In this document: positions 28,074-37,495 of the stretch, one piece after another
Layout: each line of letters opens with the position of its first letter
Position numbering within the stretch: the first letter of the stretch is position 1
From: Cyclobacteriaceae bacterium
GTDB lineage: Bacteria > Bacteroidota > Bacteroidia > Cytophagales > Cyclobacteriaceae
Reading direction: 5' to 3'
DNA: 64,000 nt
Assembly: GCA_044226945.1 (NCBI GenBank)
Contig: JBGAGB010000014.1
Coordinates: 194 to 64,193, forward strand
Translations under genes and position numbers: made by a program
Notes under the pieces: model-generated
Told to the model about the DNA's origin: nothing
The model's input: only the letters and a program-made list of their open reading frames with translations
The model's database searches: none

Positions 28074-29366
28074 TCACAAGAACTCTACGACCGACTCCAG
28101 GCCGATGCCACGCGATGCCTTCACTAAAATCGTTGCGTCTTGGATCGGTCGAACTTTCAGTTCGGCGATCAAGGCGTCCTTTTTTTCGAAGTGCCGCGCG
28201 AAGGGGATTTCGTCTAACACCCGCGCAAAAAGGCTTCCGCAGAGGTATACTTCTTGAAATCCCCTTTCTTTCAAAAGCTTGGCAATACCTCGGTGTTCCT
28301 TATCGGCTTCCTCCTCCAGTTCGAACATGTCGCCCAAGATCACCACTTTTTTATTCGCTTTCATCGCAGACAGGTTTTCGATTGCTGCGGCCATCGAACT
28401 CGGGTTCGCATTGTACGCATCTAAGATGATCGTGTTGGTGTTGCTCTTCACGACTTGTGAACGCATGTTGGATGGCGCGTAAGCCGCAATGGCCGCATTA
28501 GCTTTCGCGGCGTCGACCCCGAAGAACTTCCCGATACACAATGCCGCCGCGACGTTCTCATAATTGTATGCGCCAGTCAACTGCGTTTGTACCTGTTCTC
28601 CGTTCTCCGCTTCAACCAACAACAATGGATCGCTCGATATCAGTTTGCAGCGATAGAAATCCTGGGGCCCTGGGTACCACACGATGTTCTTCAAATGGCT
28701 CGCACGTTTCTTTAGAATGTCGTTGTTCGAATTGACGAACACAACTCCATTCGCATTTTGCAGGTGTTCAAATAATTCCGTTTTACCCTTAATGATGTTT
28801 TCAAATCCACCGAATGTTCCGATGTGCGCCTTCCCTATGTTGGTGATAAACCCATGCGTGGGCCTTGCAATCGAACAGAGCGTGGCGATCTCGCCGACGT
28901 GATTAGCACCCATCTCCACTACGGCAATCTCAACGTTTGACCCAATCGACAGGATCGTCAGGGGAACGCCGATATGATTGTTTAGATTTCCTTTCGTGGC
29001 CTGTGTCTTGAATTTTTGAGCCAAAACGGTCGACACCAATTCCTTGCTTGTGGTCTTACCGTTGGAACCGGTTAACGCCAAGACAGGTATTTTTAATTGT
29101 GAGCGATGGTAGCGGGCTAGGTCTTGCAAGGCCGTGAGACCGTCTTCCACGACAAGTATTCTCGGGTCTGTTGCGTATGCAGCATCGTCGACAACCGCAT
29201 AGGACGCACCTTTTTCGAGGGCGTCTTTCGCAAACTCGTTCGCGTTGAAACGTGGTCCCTTCAGGGCAAAAAATACCGAACGAGGGGTGATCGACCTCGT
29301 GTCGGTAGAAATCCCTTGAGACGACAAGAAGGCCTCATGCAAATCCTCGATCTTCATAAATGGCAA
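28074..29366 (-). CDS. murF: UDP-N-acetylmuramoyl-tripeptide--D-alanyl-D-alanine ligase
   Basis: Mur ligase P-loop LTGSNGKTTSKE, DAYNANP motif. The start may be ATG 29357. Confidence 0.9.
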   Translation of the reverse strand: MPFMKIEDLHEAFLSSQGISTDTRSITPRSVFFALKGPRFNANEFAKDALEKGASYAVVDDAAYATDPRILVVEDGLTALQDLARYHRSQLKIPVLALTGSNGKTTSKELVSTVLAQKFKTQATKGNLNNHIGVPLTILSIGSNVEIAVVEMGANHVGEIATLCSIARPTHGFITNIGKAHIGTFGGFENIIKGKTELFEHLQNANGVVFVNSNNDILKKRASHLKNIVWYPGPQDFYRCKLISSDPLLLVEAENGEQVQTQLTGAYNYENVAAALCIGKFFGVDAAKANAAIAAYAPSNMRSQVVKSNTNTIILDAYNANPSSMAAAIENLSAMKANKKVVILGDMFELEEEADKEHRGIAKLLKERGFQEVYLCGSLFARVLDEIPFARHFEKKDALIAELKVRPIQDATILVKASRGIGLESVVEFL

Positions 29367-29479
29367 CTCTTAACCTATGCGTGCCTTTGGAGTGGCCGCC
29401 TAGTACGGTATCTTGCCGGAAAGATAAGAGTACCGTGTGGGCGAACGTTATTGAGAGGCTTGGATTTTTTCGTCAGAAT

Positions 29480-31693
29480 ATGAGTGGGGTTGCGCACGTT
29501 CGGTTCATCGCATTGATCGCTGTCCTCGTCGGATCAACTCAAATCGCTCAGGCGCAGTTCACCTATTCGCTCGATCAGTCTCCTCCGGTCGAAATTGACG
29601 GCCGCGAACTCGATATGCCTTGGGCAGGTGGGTTAAACTCGGCGCAAATAAATAAGATCGACTTCGATGGGGATGGCAAAGAAGACGTCGTGGTTTTCGA
29701 TCGAGCTGGAAATAAACTCCTCCCATTTAGGAACGTCGGCAACCGCTACGAGTACGCACCCGAGTTTGGAACGCTGTTCCCTCCTTCGGTGAGCAACTGG
29801 ATGCTGCTACGTGACTTCAACTGCGACGGAAAGAAAGACCTGTTCACAAGCGATCCGTTCGGCATTGCAGTGTTCGTCAATACGACGAAAGTGGGGCAAC
29901 CGCTTTCATGGCGCGCGTTCAATCCAGGCTTTCCACTTCTCACCAAGGGGTTCAACGGCGATATCAACTTAAAGATCAACGACGTCGACCTCCCCGCCAT
30001 CGATGATGTCGACAACGATGGCGACCTCGACATCTTGGCCATGAGATTCGTAGGCATCGGTACCGTAGAATGGCACAAGAACATGAGCGTGGAAAAAACA
30101 GGGAAATGCGATTCGCTCCAACTCGAGCGTGTTACCCAGACCTACGGTGGGGTGCAAGAATGTACATGTGGGGTCTTCGCTTTCGGTGGACAACCATGCC
30201 CTAACACAGGTGGGCGCGTGCAGCATGTCGGCGGGAAAACCCTCCTCACACTCGATGCCGATGGTGATGGTGATCGGGATTTACTCTTCTCGGAGGAGAC
30301 TTGCTCCACACTGTACTTGCTCAGAAACGTAGGCACAAATGCAGAACCCAACTTCACCAGCGCGAGCCCCTTTCCTGCGTCGGCATCCGCATCGTTTCCT
30401 TTGTTCCCGGGACCGTATTATGAAGATATTGACTTCGATGACAAGCCCGACCTGATCGTGTCGCCAAACCTTTACGCGCGAACGTTCACCAATGTGCTGG
30501 TCAAAAATTCCCTGTGGACGTACAAAAACTTCGGCACCGCCCAACAACCAAACTTCACCTTCTCAAAGTTCAACTTCTTACAAGAAGGTATGATTGAACT
30601 TGGAGACTACACCACTCCGGCGTTGGTCGACTCGGATGGTGACGGCGATGAGGATTTGTTCGTAGGAATATACGGAAATGAGAATTTCCGAGGAGTGCTT
30701 TATTACTTTGAGAATGTGGGAACTGAATCCGAACCGTCTTTTAAACTTGTCAACTCGGATTACGGCAGTTTGTCGTCGCTCCCAATCTACAACCTAAAGC
30801 CTCAATTCGCCGACATGAATGCAGATGGGAAGGTCGACCTTGCATTTACATGCACTTCTTTGGTGGATGGTATTACACGTTTGTTGTATGCACCTAACTC
30901 GAAAGAATCAGGTCTGCAGTTGGATTTTGGGAACTTGGTCGAGACCTCGTTCAGAATTGGGCAATCCGAGAATCTCAGGGTGGCGGACGTGAACGCCGAC
31001 GGAACTCCGGACTTATTAGTAGGAAAGGCAACCGGAGCCCTGCAATACTGGGAGAATGGTAGCAACAACGGCTTCTTCAGTGTGATGACTTTGAAAAACA
31101 GTGCATTCATGGGCTTGGGGATTAGCACGTCGCGACAAAATCCATCCGTAGCTATTGGCGACTTGGACGGGGATGGTCTGAATGACCTCGTGATGGGTGA
31201 TCAACGTGGCAACATCAGCATCTTCGGGGACTACAAGAATTTCAATAGCACCATTTCGACCCCAGCCAGTGAAGTGGTGTACAACCCGATAGTCAAGTCG
31301 TATCAATCCATGAATTTCGGTGGCCGCATTGCACCTGCGATCGGCAATATCTTCAATAGCAGTAAACCTTCATTGATCTTAGGGAATACGCTCGGTGGTC
31401 TTCATATTTTACGAAATGATGAAGGTCAGGATTTACCTGAAGTTCCAGTGATTGGCGTGGGGCCGAGCCCTTTGCTGAGAACGGATGAACTCACGGTGAA
31501 ATCTGACCGAAACGTTCGTGTGCAGATCTTTTCGATCTTGGGCCAAAAGATGTGCGACCCGTTCTTCGTTCAGGCCAACCAAACAGTTCCCGTTCCTTTG
31601 CAGGGAATCACAGCTGGAGTTTACATCGCACGTTTCATCTTCCCGAACCGGAGCATGGCGGTTAAGTTTGTCGTGCTCGAGCGGAGAGACTGA
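29480..31693 (+). CDS. FG-GAP/VCBS-repeat protein with a T9SS-type C-terminal sorting domain
   Basis: Signal peptide (FIALIAVLVGSTQIAQAQ). Repeated D.DGDG..D(L/V) calcium-binding FG-GAP motifs. The C-terminal ~80 aa resembles a Por secretion tail (GVYIARF...KFVV). The start is moved to ATG 29480. Confidence 0.75.
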   Translation: MSGVAHVRFIALIAVLVGSTQIAQAQFTYSLDQSPPVEIDGRELDMPWAGGLNSAQINKIDFDGDGKEDVVVFDRAGNKLLPFRNVGNRYEYAPEFGTLFPPSVSNWMLLRDFNCDGKKDLFTSDPFGIAVFVNTTKVGQPLSWRAFNPGFPLLTKGFNGDINLKINDVDLPAIDDVDNDGDLDILAMRFVGIGTVEWHKNMSVEKTGKCDSLQLERVTQTYGGVQECTCGVFAFGGQPCPNTGGRVQHVGGKTLLTLDADGDGDRDLLFSEETCSTLYLLRNVGTNAEPNFTSASPFPASASASFPLFPGPYYEDIDFDDKPDLIVSPNLYARTFTNVLVKNSLWTYKNFGTAQQPNFTFSKFNFLQEGMIELGDYTTPALVDSDGDGDEDLFVGIYGNENFRGVLYYFENVGTESEPSFKLVNSDYGSLSSLPIYNLKPQFADMNADGKVDLAFTCTSLVDGITRLLYAPNSKESGLQLDFGNLVETSFRIGQSENLRVADVNADGTPDLLVGKATGALQYWENGSNNGFFSVMTLKNSAFMGLGISTSRQNPSVAIGDLDGDGLNDLVMGDQRGNISIFGDYKNFNSTISTPASEVVYNPIVKSYQSMNFGGRIAPAIGNIFNSSKPSLILGNTLGGLHILRNDEGQDLPEVPVIGVGPSPLLRTDELTVKSDRNVRVQIFSILGQKMCDPFFVQANQTVPVPLQGITAGVYIARFIFPNRSMAVKFVVLERRD

Positions 31694-31714
31694 CCATCAC
31701 CAGCATCATTTCAT

Positions 31715-31722
31715 TATTTTTG
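31715..31722 (+). promoter_or_regulatory. candidate -7 promoter box abutting the HAD hydrolase start codon
   Basis: TATTTTTG (perfect TAnnTTTG), with 5 nt to the ATG at 31728. Confidence 0.45.
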
Positions 31723-31727
31723 CGTCC

Positions 31728-32384
31728 ATGAAAAAATTCGGTGTCATCTTCGACATGGACGGCGTGATCGTTGACAGCAATCCTTATCATAAAATTGCAC
31801 TCCAACAGTTTTGTCGCGAGCATGGGTACGAACTCACGGACGACCAACTCCTGAAAAAGATCTACGGCCGGACGAACCGTGAATGGCTAACCAGCCTATT
31901 CGGCACACTCCCAGAAGAAAAACTTCTCCAATACACCGAGGAGAAGGAAGCCCTCTATCGGCAGTTGTTCGAAAAAGAGATACAACCGGTGAAGGGGCTT
32001 GTGGGATTCTTAGACCGCCTCGACACGCACCGAATCCAGCGCGCCATCGGCACATCAGCCCCAAAGAGCAACGTCGACTTCTCACTTTCAAAAACCGGTA
32101 TTACAACGTACTTCCCAACTATTTTGTACGACATGTTTGTAACGCACGGTAAGCCGAACCCAGAGATCTACTTGAAGTGTGCCGCTGCATTGGGATTGCC
32201 CAACGAACAATGCGTCGTGATCGAAGATTCACTTTCGGGTGTCGAAGCCGGACAACGTGCGGGATCGAAGGTGATTGGGATCACCACCACTCACTCACGC
32301 GAAGAACTCGGCCATTGCGACCTGGTGATCGATCACTTCGACGGGCTGACAATAGAAAAGTTAGGTTCGCTGTTCGAGAAATAG
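31728..32384 (+). CDS. HAD-family hydrolase (beta-phosphoglucomutase-like)
   Basis: Motif I FDMDGVIVDS, motif II GTSA, motif III/IV KP...IEDSLSGVEAG. The start is set at ATG 31728. The 31518 extension overlaps the preceding gene. Confidence 0.85.
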   Translation: MKKFGVIFDMDGVIVDSNPYHKIALQQFCREHGYELTDDQLLKKIYGRTNREWLTSLFGTLPEEKLLQYTEEKEALYRQLFEKEIQPVKGLVGFLDRLDTHRIQRAIGTSAPKSNVDFSLSKTGITTYFPTILYDMFVTHGKPNPEIYLKCAAALGLPNEQCVVIEDSLSGVEAGQRAGSKVIGITTTHSREELGHCDLVIDHFDGLTIEKLGSLFEK

Positions 32385-32394
32385 CTCGAAGGCC

Positions 32395-33030
32395 TTAAAT
32401 CATTTTTTGCTCGTAGGCGAACTTGATAAGACCCACAAGGGAAGCGGTCTTCGTCTTACGAAATATGTTTTTCCGGTGAGTCTCGACCGTTCGCTCACTG
32501 ATGAACAATTTGTCCGCGATTTCTTTATTTGAAAGTTCTTTGGCGATGAGGCGCAACACATCCAATTCACGTTCAGTCAAAAGTTCGGGTTCATCTTTGG
32601 GTTTGTTCATCTCGTCCATTAGAAGTCGTGTCACTTCAGGACTCACGTACGGCAACCCTTGCGCCACGTGCCGTATCGCGCTCTTCAACTCAGAGTGCTG
32701 GATGTTTTTCAACAAGTAACCCTCTACTCCTTCCTTCAGAACCGATTTGATGATGTGGGCTTCGTCGTGCATACTCAACACGATGATCTTCACCTGTGGG
32801 TATTGACGGCGTACCTGTCGAACGAAGTCGATCCCAGAAATACCCGGAAGGGAGAAGTCGGTCAATAAAATGTGAGGTTGTTGCGATTTGAAAAAGTCAA
32901 GCACCTCCTCGCCGCTGTGAAGCGAAGCCAACACTTGAAATTCCGCCTCTTGCTGGAGCAAAGACTCGAGACCATCCAACACGATGTGATGATCGTCGAC
33001 CAAGACAACCTTTATCCGTCTATCCGACAT
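32395..33030 (-). CDS. NarL/FixJ(LuxR)-family response regulator
   Basis: REC domain (VVLVDDH, ILLTDFSLPG) plus a C-terminal LuxR HTH (LTERELDVLRLIAKELSNKEIADKLFISERTVETHR). Start at ATG 33030. Confidence 0.88.
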   Translation of the reverse strand: MSDRRIKVVLVDDHHIVLDGLESLLQQEAEFQVLASLHSGEEVLDFFKSQQPHILLTDFSLPGISGIDFVRQVRRQYPQVKIIVLSMHDEAHIIKSVLKEGVEGYLLKNIQHSELKSAIRHVAQGLPYVSPEVTRLLMDEMNKPKDEPELLTERELDVLRLIAKELSNKEIADKLFISERTVETHRKNIFRKTKTASLVGLIKFAYEQKMI

Positions 33031-33071
33031 AAAGGATAAAGTTAGCCTACCGAAGTTGTTCGAGGAAGGGA

Positions 33072-33608
33072 TCAAGGCAGAAAATCCAGAGGTATGTCGG
33101 TGGGTGCGTAGGCCTTCGGAACACGACCCATCCTGATCAGGTAGCCAGCGCCGATCAAGATGACGGACAACACGGCGCCATCGATATAGGCACCGCCAAC
33201 CGACAGCCCGTAGTAACGAGCAATGAATGCAATCACGAACGCAGCCGCAATTGAAAGTGCGACCCAGATGCCAACTGTGCCGGACGCCCCGCCGGAGATA
33301 TAGTGGGCCTTGCTCTTGTCTTTTAAATGAAAGTGAAGAACGCGTACGAAGGTTGAGTAAGCACGCGAACGGTCCTCAATCTCTTTGGCTCCGGTATAAT
33401 ACTTATTTGTGATAGTCAACGGCCTTCCGCCCTCGGTTCGGAGAAGGGTCTTGTATTCCTTGTCACTCGCTTTGTCGAGCACCACTTCATTGATTCCCGC
33501 GTATGGAATTATTTTTTCAAGCTTCCCCTGCTTGACGGTCATGTTGTACTCGGTGAGCAAAATGGTGGTGGGCATCTCCGAGGCAGACGCCCTGAAAGTA
33601 TACTCCAC
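33072..33608 (-). CDS. hypothetical membrane protein located between the HK and RR genes
   Basis: Soluble N-terminal domain of about 100 aa followed by two TM helices. No motif I recognise. The GTG 33608 start is uncertain; ATG 33575 is an alternative. Confidence 0.5.
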   Translation of the reverse strand: MEYTFRASASEMPTTILLTEYNMTVKQGKLEKIIPYAGINEVVLDKASDKEYKTLLRTEGGRPLTITNKYYTGAKEIEDRSRAYSTFVRVLHFHLKDKSKAHYISGGASGTVGIWVALSIAAAFVIAFIARYYGLSVGGAYIDGAVLSVILIGAGYLIRMGRVPKAYAPTDIPLDFLP

Positions 33609-33704
33609 GGGTTGGGTCGTTTGGTATGGTACAAATAACCCTTGTCCCTGTTCATCCAGAAATACCAGCAGAGGGGTATTTTGACCTCCGTGCTGGCACG
33701 GATA

Positions 33705-35648
33705 CTATGCGGCTTCCTGGGCGGCCAAGCCGGGAATCGTGATCACGACTGTTGTACCCTGCCGCGCCGGCATGGAGTCGATGTCGATGAACCCGTGAAT
33801 CATCGCCAGGCGCGACTGGATATTTTTCCACCCGTTCCCTTGAGAAATAATTAGGGAGTTGGTGTCGAACCCTTTTCCGTCGTCCTCGATGGTGATCACC
33901 AGTTCCTGCTCGTGCTGCACCAGTTGCACGCTGATCTGCGTACATCCACTGTACTTCATCACGTTGTTGATCCATTCCTGGCAAACACGATATAAGGCAA
34001 CCTTCTTGTCGGTTTCGTGGATTGGCTCCACGTCGTAAGCACTTACTTTTACACGGATACGATCAGTCCGATTGACACGGCTCGCCAACTCTTCCAGGGC
34101 TTCAATCAATCCGTTCTTGATGAGCACTTGCGGCATGAGGTTGAAGGCGATGTTTCGAATCTCGGTGTTCATTTCGTTGAGAACCTCGACTGCATGGTCG
34201 AGCGAACGTCGGTCGAGTGATTCCTTCGAAAGATTCAGGCGCACCGCTGAAATTAATTGCCCGAGTCCATCGTGGAGGTCTGCCGCAAACCTCTTCCGTT
34301 CTTGCTCTTGCGAGGTAATGACGGCCGTCAATTGTGCTTCGCGCAGACTGGCCTTCGTTTCCTCCAACTCTACTTTCTGTTTCAACGCCATTCGATTTCG
34401 AATCATAAAACCCAGTACGATCAACGCCGCCAGCAACAAGATCAACCCCGCCACGAGTTGCGTATTTCTTTCCAAAAGCGAATCCTTCAATTCGTTCTCT
34501 TGTCGCAGGTAAAGGATTTCGCTCTCCTTCTTATCGGTCTCGTACTTTGTTTGAAGTTCCGCAATCTGCTTGGTCTTTTCTTGTTTGAAGAGCGTATCCT
34601 TCACGACATCGTAAGCCCTAAATTCCTCCAGTGCTTTTTTAAGATTGCCTTGCGCTTCGTAAATAAGAGCAAGTTCGCGGCGCGCTTCCAACACCTGTTG
34701 GCGTGCACTAATTCGATCGGCCAGTTCGAGGCCTCGCAAGGATAGGTTTTTCGCTTCGTTTAGGTTTCCTTCACCACGATAGACGCCGGCCAAATAGATT
34801 GACACGAAGGCTAACTCCTTCTTGTTGTCGTATCGTGCGTTCAAATCCAGAGCCCGATGGAGGAAGTCCTTAGCTTCCTTCCCTCGACCTAGTTTGTCGT
34901 AGGCCATTCCAGCGTTGCATAGTGTGGTTGACAAGAATTGCTGAACATTTTGCTCTTCGAAAGCTTTTGTGGCTTCGAGCGAGTAATACAAACTGCTATC
35001 ATAGTCGGGCACATAGTAGTACACCGACCCCAGGTTTGCGTAGCACGCTGCAATTCCGAATTTATTTCCCAGTTCCTGATACAACGCGAGACCGTTTCGA
35101 TACCAAGTGGCCGCCTTGTGGTAGTCTTCTTGTTCTTTAAAAACGATCCCAATATTGGTTGACGTCATGGCAATCTTCGACTTGTCGCCCATCCGTTCAT
35201 ATATCCGCCGTGCCTCAAAGTAATTTTCGAGCGCATCTTTGAAATCGCCCCTTTCGTCGTAGATAATCCCAATGTTATTGATCGTGTTCGCCATCTTTAG
35301 GTCGTCGCCGAGTTTCTTCCGGAGTTCCAGAGCCTCTTTTTCATACTTCAGTGCGGGGGAATAATCGCCTTGGGCTTCGAAGGTGACCCCGATGTTGTGG
35401 AGGGCTTCCACTTCGAGTTCTTGCCTTTCGGCAGACCGCGCGAGTTCGAGGGCCCTCATCCCATAGTACCGGGCGGTGTCGGCATTAGTAAATCGATGTT
35501 CCCAAGAGAGTTCCAGTAGGGTCTTGATCCGGTCGACTCCAGAAGTGGTGGGCAGCACTCGCTGTAGGCTGTCGAGGTTGTTGTTCTGGGCGGCTGCCGC
35601 CACCGACCACAGGGTAAGGAGTGCCAATAGGCCAATTCGCTGTCTCAT
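33705..35648 (-). CDS. TPR-repeat sensor histidine kinase (HisKA_3 type)
   Basis: Signal peptide and about 7-8 extracytoplasmic TPR units. One TM helix and a coiled coil. H-box FAADLHDGLGQ and an HATPase domain. Start at ATG 35648. Confidence 0.85.
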   Translation of the reverse strand: MRQRIGLLALLTLWSVAAAAQNNNLDSLQRVLPTTSGVDRIKTLLELSWEHRFTNADTARYYGMRALELARSAERQELEVEALHNIGVTFEAQGDYSPALKYEKEALELRKKLGDDLKMANTINNIGIIYDERGDFKDALENYFEARRIYERMGDKSKIAMTSTNIGIVFKEQEDYHKAATWYRNGLALYQELGNKFGIAACYANLGSVYYYVPDYDSSLYYSLEATKAFEEQNVQQFLSTTLCNAGMAYDKLGRGKEAKDFLHRALDLNARYDNKKELAFVSIYLAGVYRGEGNLNEAKNLSLRGLELADRISARQQVLEARRELALIYEAQGNLKKALEEFRAYDVVKDTLFKQEKTKQIAELQTKYETDKKESEILYLRQENELKDSLLERNTQLVAGLILLLAALIVLGFMIRNRMALKQKVELEETKASLREAQLTAVITSQEQERKRFAADLHDGLGQLISAVRLNLSKESLDRRSLDHAVEVLNEMNTEIRNIAFNLMPQVLIKNGLIEALEELASRVNRTDRIRVKVSAYDVEPIHETDKKVALYRVCQEWINNVMKYSGCTQISVQLVQHEQELVITIEDDGKGFDTNSLIISQGNGWKNIQSRLAMIHGFIDIDSMPARQGTTVVITIPGLAAQEAA

Positions 35649-35784
35649 AAGGGGTGTTAGATGGTGAAAGTTATCGAAGGCAGGGCTTTGGTACCGCACT
35701 TTTTCCCCCGAAATCGTAATTTTTCGAGGATTTTGGCCCCCTGGTATATTTTCAACCAGGTTTTGATAATTGGGGTCTCTTTAC

Positions 35785-35792
35785 CGATATTT
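35785..35792 (+). promoter_or_regulatory. candidate promoter of the rpmB-rpmG operon
   Basis: GATATTTG matches 7/8 of TAnnTTTG. A TTTG lies 20 nt upstream (35761-35764), and the rpmB ATG is 40 nt downstream. Confidence 0.45.
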
Positions 35793-35832
35793 GCAGTCCC
35801 ATTTTCGAATGGGGACCAAATTTTTGATTGAT

Positions 35833-36072
35833 ATGGCTAGAGTTTGTCAAATTACTGGAAAGCGCCCGCACGTAGGAAACAACGTTTCCCATGCCAACAA
35901 CAAAACGAAGCGCCGGTTTTACCCGAACCTTCAAACCAAGCGTTTCTTCATCCCTGAAGAAAATAAGTGGATTACGTTGAAGGTTTCGACGAAGGCCATC
36001 AAAACCATTAACGCGAAAGGTATCACTGCTGTGCTGAAAGAAGCGCGTGCGAAAGGTACCCTGTCGATCTAA
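35833..36072 (+). CDS. rpmB: 50S ribosomal protein L28
   Basis: [29 protein letters not shown] is the canonical L28 N-terminus. Confidence 0.95.
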   Translation: MARVCQITGKRPHVGNNVSHANNKTKRRFYPNLQTKRFFIPEENKWITLKVSTKAIKTINAKGITAVLKEARAKGTLSI

Positions 36073-36099
36073 ACGTCAACGCTCAAAAAGTAAAGAACC

Positions 36100-36282
36100 A
36101 TGGCACGTAACAAGAACCGCATCCAGGTGATCCTCGAATGCACCGAGCACAAGGCAACTGGCCAGCCCGGAATGAGCCGTTACATCACAACCAAGAATCG
36201 GAAGAACACGACCGAACGTCTTGAGTTGAAGAAGTACAACCCTGTTCTGAAGAAGTATACTCTCCACAAAGAAATTAAATAA
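36100..36282 (+). CDS. rpmG: 50S ribosomal protein L33
   Basis: 60 aa; the block [21 protein letters not shown] is canonical L33. Confidence 0.95.
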   Translation: MARNKNRIQVILECTEHKATGQPGMSRYITTKNRKNTTERLELKKYNPVLKKYTLHKEIK

Positions 36283-36284
36283 CC

Positions 36285-36440
36285 ATGGCAAAGAAAGTTG
36301 TTGCTAGCTTGAAGAAAACCGACGGTAAGAACTACGCGAAGGTGATCCGCGCTGTGAAATCTGAAAAAACTGGCGCATACGTATTCCGTGAAGAGATCGT
36401 TCCAGCCGACCTCGTGAAAGAGACACTCGCGAAGAAGTAA
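36285..36440 (+). CDS. small basic protein, DUF4295-like (not in the supplied ORF track)
   Basis: My translation is MAKKVVASLKKTDGKNYAKVIRAVKSEKTGAYVFREEIVPADLVKETLAKK. It starts 2 nt after the rpmG stop. A gene in this position after rpmG is conserved in Bacteroidota as I recall. Confidence 0.7.
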   Translation: MAKKVVASLKKTDGKNYAKVIRAVKSEKTGAYVFREEIVPADLVKETLAKK

Positions 36441-36465
36441 TTTTTCGCCTCAGGCACTGTTATCA

Positions 36466-36501
36466 AAAGGGGCTGTATCTCGATGCAGCCCCTTTATTTT
36501 T
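36466..36501 (+). terminator. intrinsic terminator of the rpmB-rpmG-DUF4295 operon
   Basis: Perfect 10-bp stem aaaggggctg / cagccccttt (36466-36475 and 36486-36495), followed by ATTTTT. Confidence 0.8.
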
Positions 36502-36535
36502 AACTGGCACCCCCTCCATCACTAAAGAACCATCT

Positions 36536-37489
36536 ATGTTCGGACTCTTTTCCAAGGACAAGAAACGATCGCTCGACGAAGGTCTCCAGAAATCGAAGGA
36601 GGGTTTTTTCTCGCGCCTGTCGAAAGCATTCCTAGGCAAGTCGACCGTCGATGAAGACGTGCTCGACAACCTAGAAGAAATTCTGATCGGCTCTGATGTC
36701 GGAGTTGAAACGACGCTTAAAATTGTGGATCGTGTGCAAAAAAGGGTTGCCCGCGACAAGTACACTAGTGCCGCCGAGCTTCAAAAACTCCTCAAAGAAG
36801 AGGTAGCCTCCCTCCTCTTGGAGAACACCGCCCAAAATCCTGCACACCCGGGAGCCGATTTCGAAACACCACCCGGCATCAAACCTTACGTGCTGTTGGT
36901 GGTAGGAGTCAATGGCGTGGGCAAAACCACCACCATTGGCAAACTCTCAGCTCAATACAAGAAGGCGGGCAAAAATGTCATTCTGGGCGCTGCGGATACT
37001 TTCCGTGCGGCCGCTGTCGACCAACTCAAATTATGGGGCGAGCGGGTCGGGGTGCCTGTCATTTCGCGCGGGATGAACACGGATCCTTCCGCCGTCGCAT
37101 TTGAAGCTGTGAAAGCCGGCGTGGAACAAGGAGCCGATGTCATCATCATCGATACTGCCGGGCGTCTTCACACGAAGATCAACTTGATGGAAGAACTGTC
37201 GAAGATCCGGCGCGTGATTCAAAAGGTGATTCCCGATGCGCCACACGACGTGATGCTTGTGCTGGATGGAAGCACCGGACAAAACGCCGTGGTTCAGGCG
37301 CGTGAGTTCACCAAAGCCACAGCCGTTACCTGCCTCGCCATCACAAAACTAGATGGCACAGCGAAAGGCGGCGTCGTCATCGGCATCTCTGATGAGTTTA
37401 AAATCCCCGTTCGATACATCGGAATTGGAGAAAAGGTGGAAGACCTCCAAGTGTTCGACCGCAAGGAGTTTGTGGACTCCCTGTTCTAA
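36536..37489 (+). CDS. ftsY: signal recognition particle receptor
   Basis: NG domain with GVNGVGKTTTIGKL, DTAGR and TKLDGTAKGG motifs. Confidence 0.95.
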   Translation: MFGLFSKDKKRSLDEGLQKSKEGFFSRLSKAFLGKSTVDEDVLDNLEEILIGSDVGVETTLKIVDRVQKRVARDKYTSAAELQKLLKEEVASLLLENTAQNPAHPGADFETPPGIKPYVLLVVGVNGVGKTTTIGKLSAQYKKAGKNVILGAADTFRAAAVDQLKLWGERVGVPVISRGMNTDPSAVAFEAVKAGVEQGADVIIIDTAGRLHTKINLMEELSKIRRVIQKVIPDAPHDVMLVLDGSTGQNAVVQAREFTKATAVTCLAITKLDGTAKGGVVIGISDEFKIPVRYIGIGEKVEDLQVFDRKEFVDSLF

Positions 37490-37495
37490 CCCGCT

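Noticed and set aside
28725-28732. GTTCGAAT T-loop-like word suggesting a tRNA
   Set aside because: It lies inside the murF coding sequence with no acceptor or anticodon stems around it. I found no cloverleaf anywhere in the short intergenic regions.
31518-31727. 70-codon N-terminal extension of the HAD hydrolase ORF. Similar extensions occur at 29360-29479, 33031-33075, 35649-35699, 55844-55891 and 62053-62169.
   Set aside because: The extensions overlap the 3' end of a neighbouring gene or precede an obvious signal peptide or conserved N-terminus. In several cases a -7 promoter box lies downstream of the extended start.
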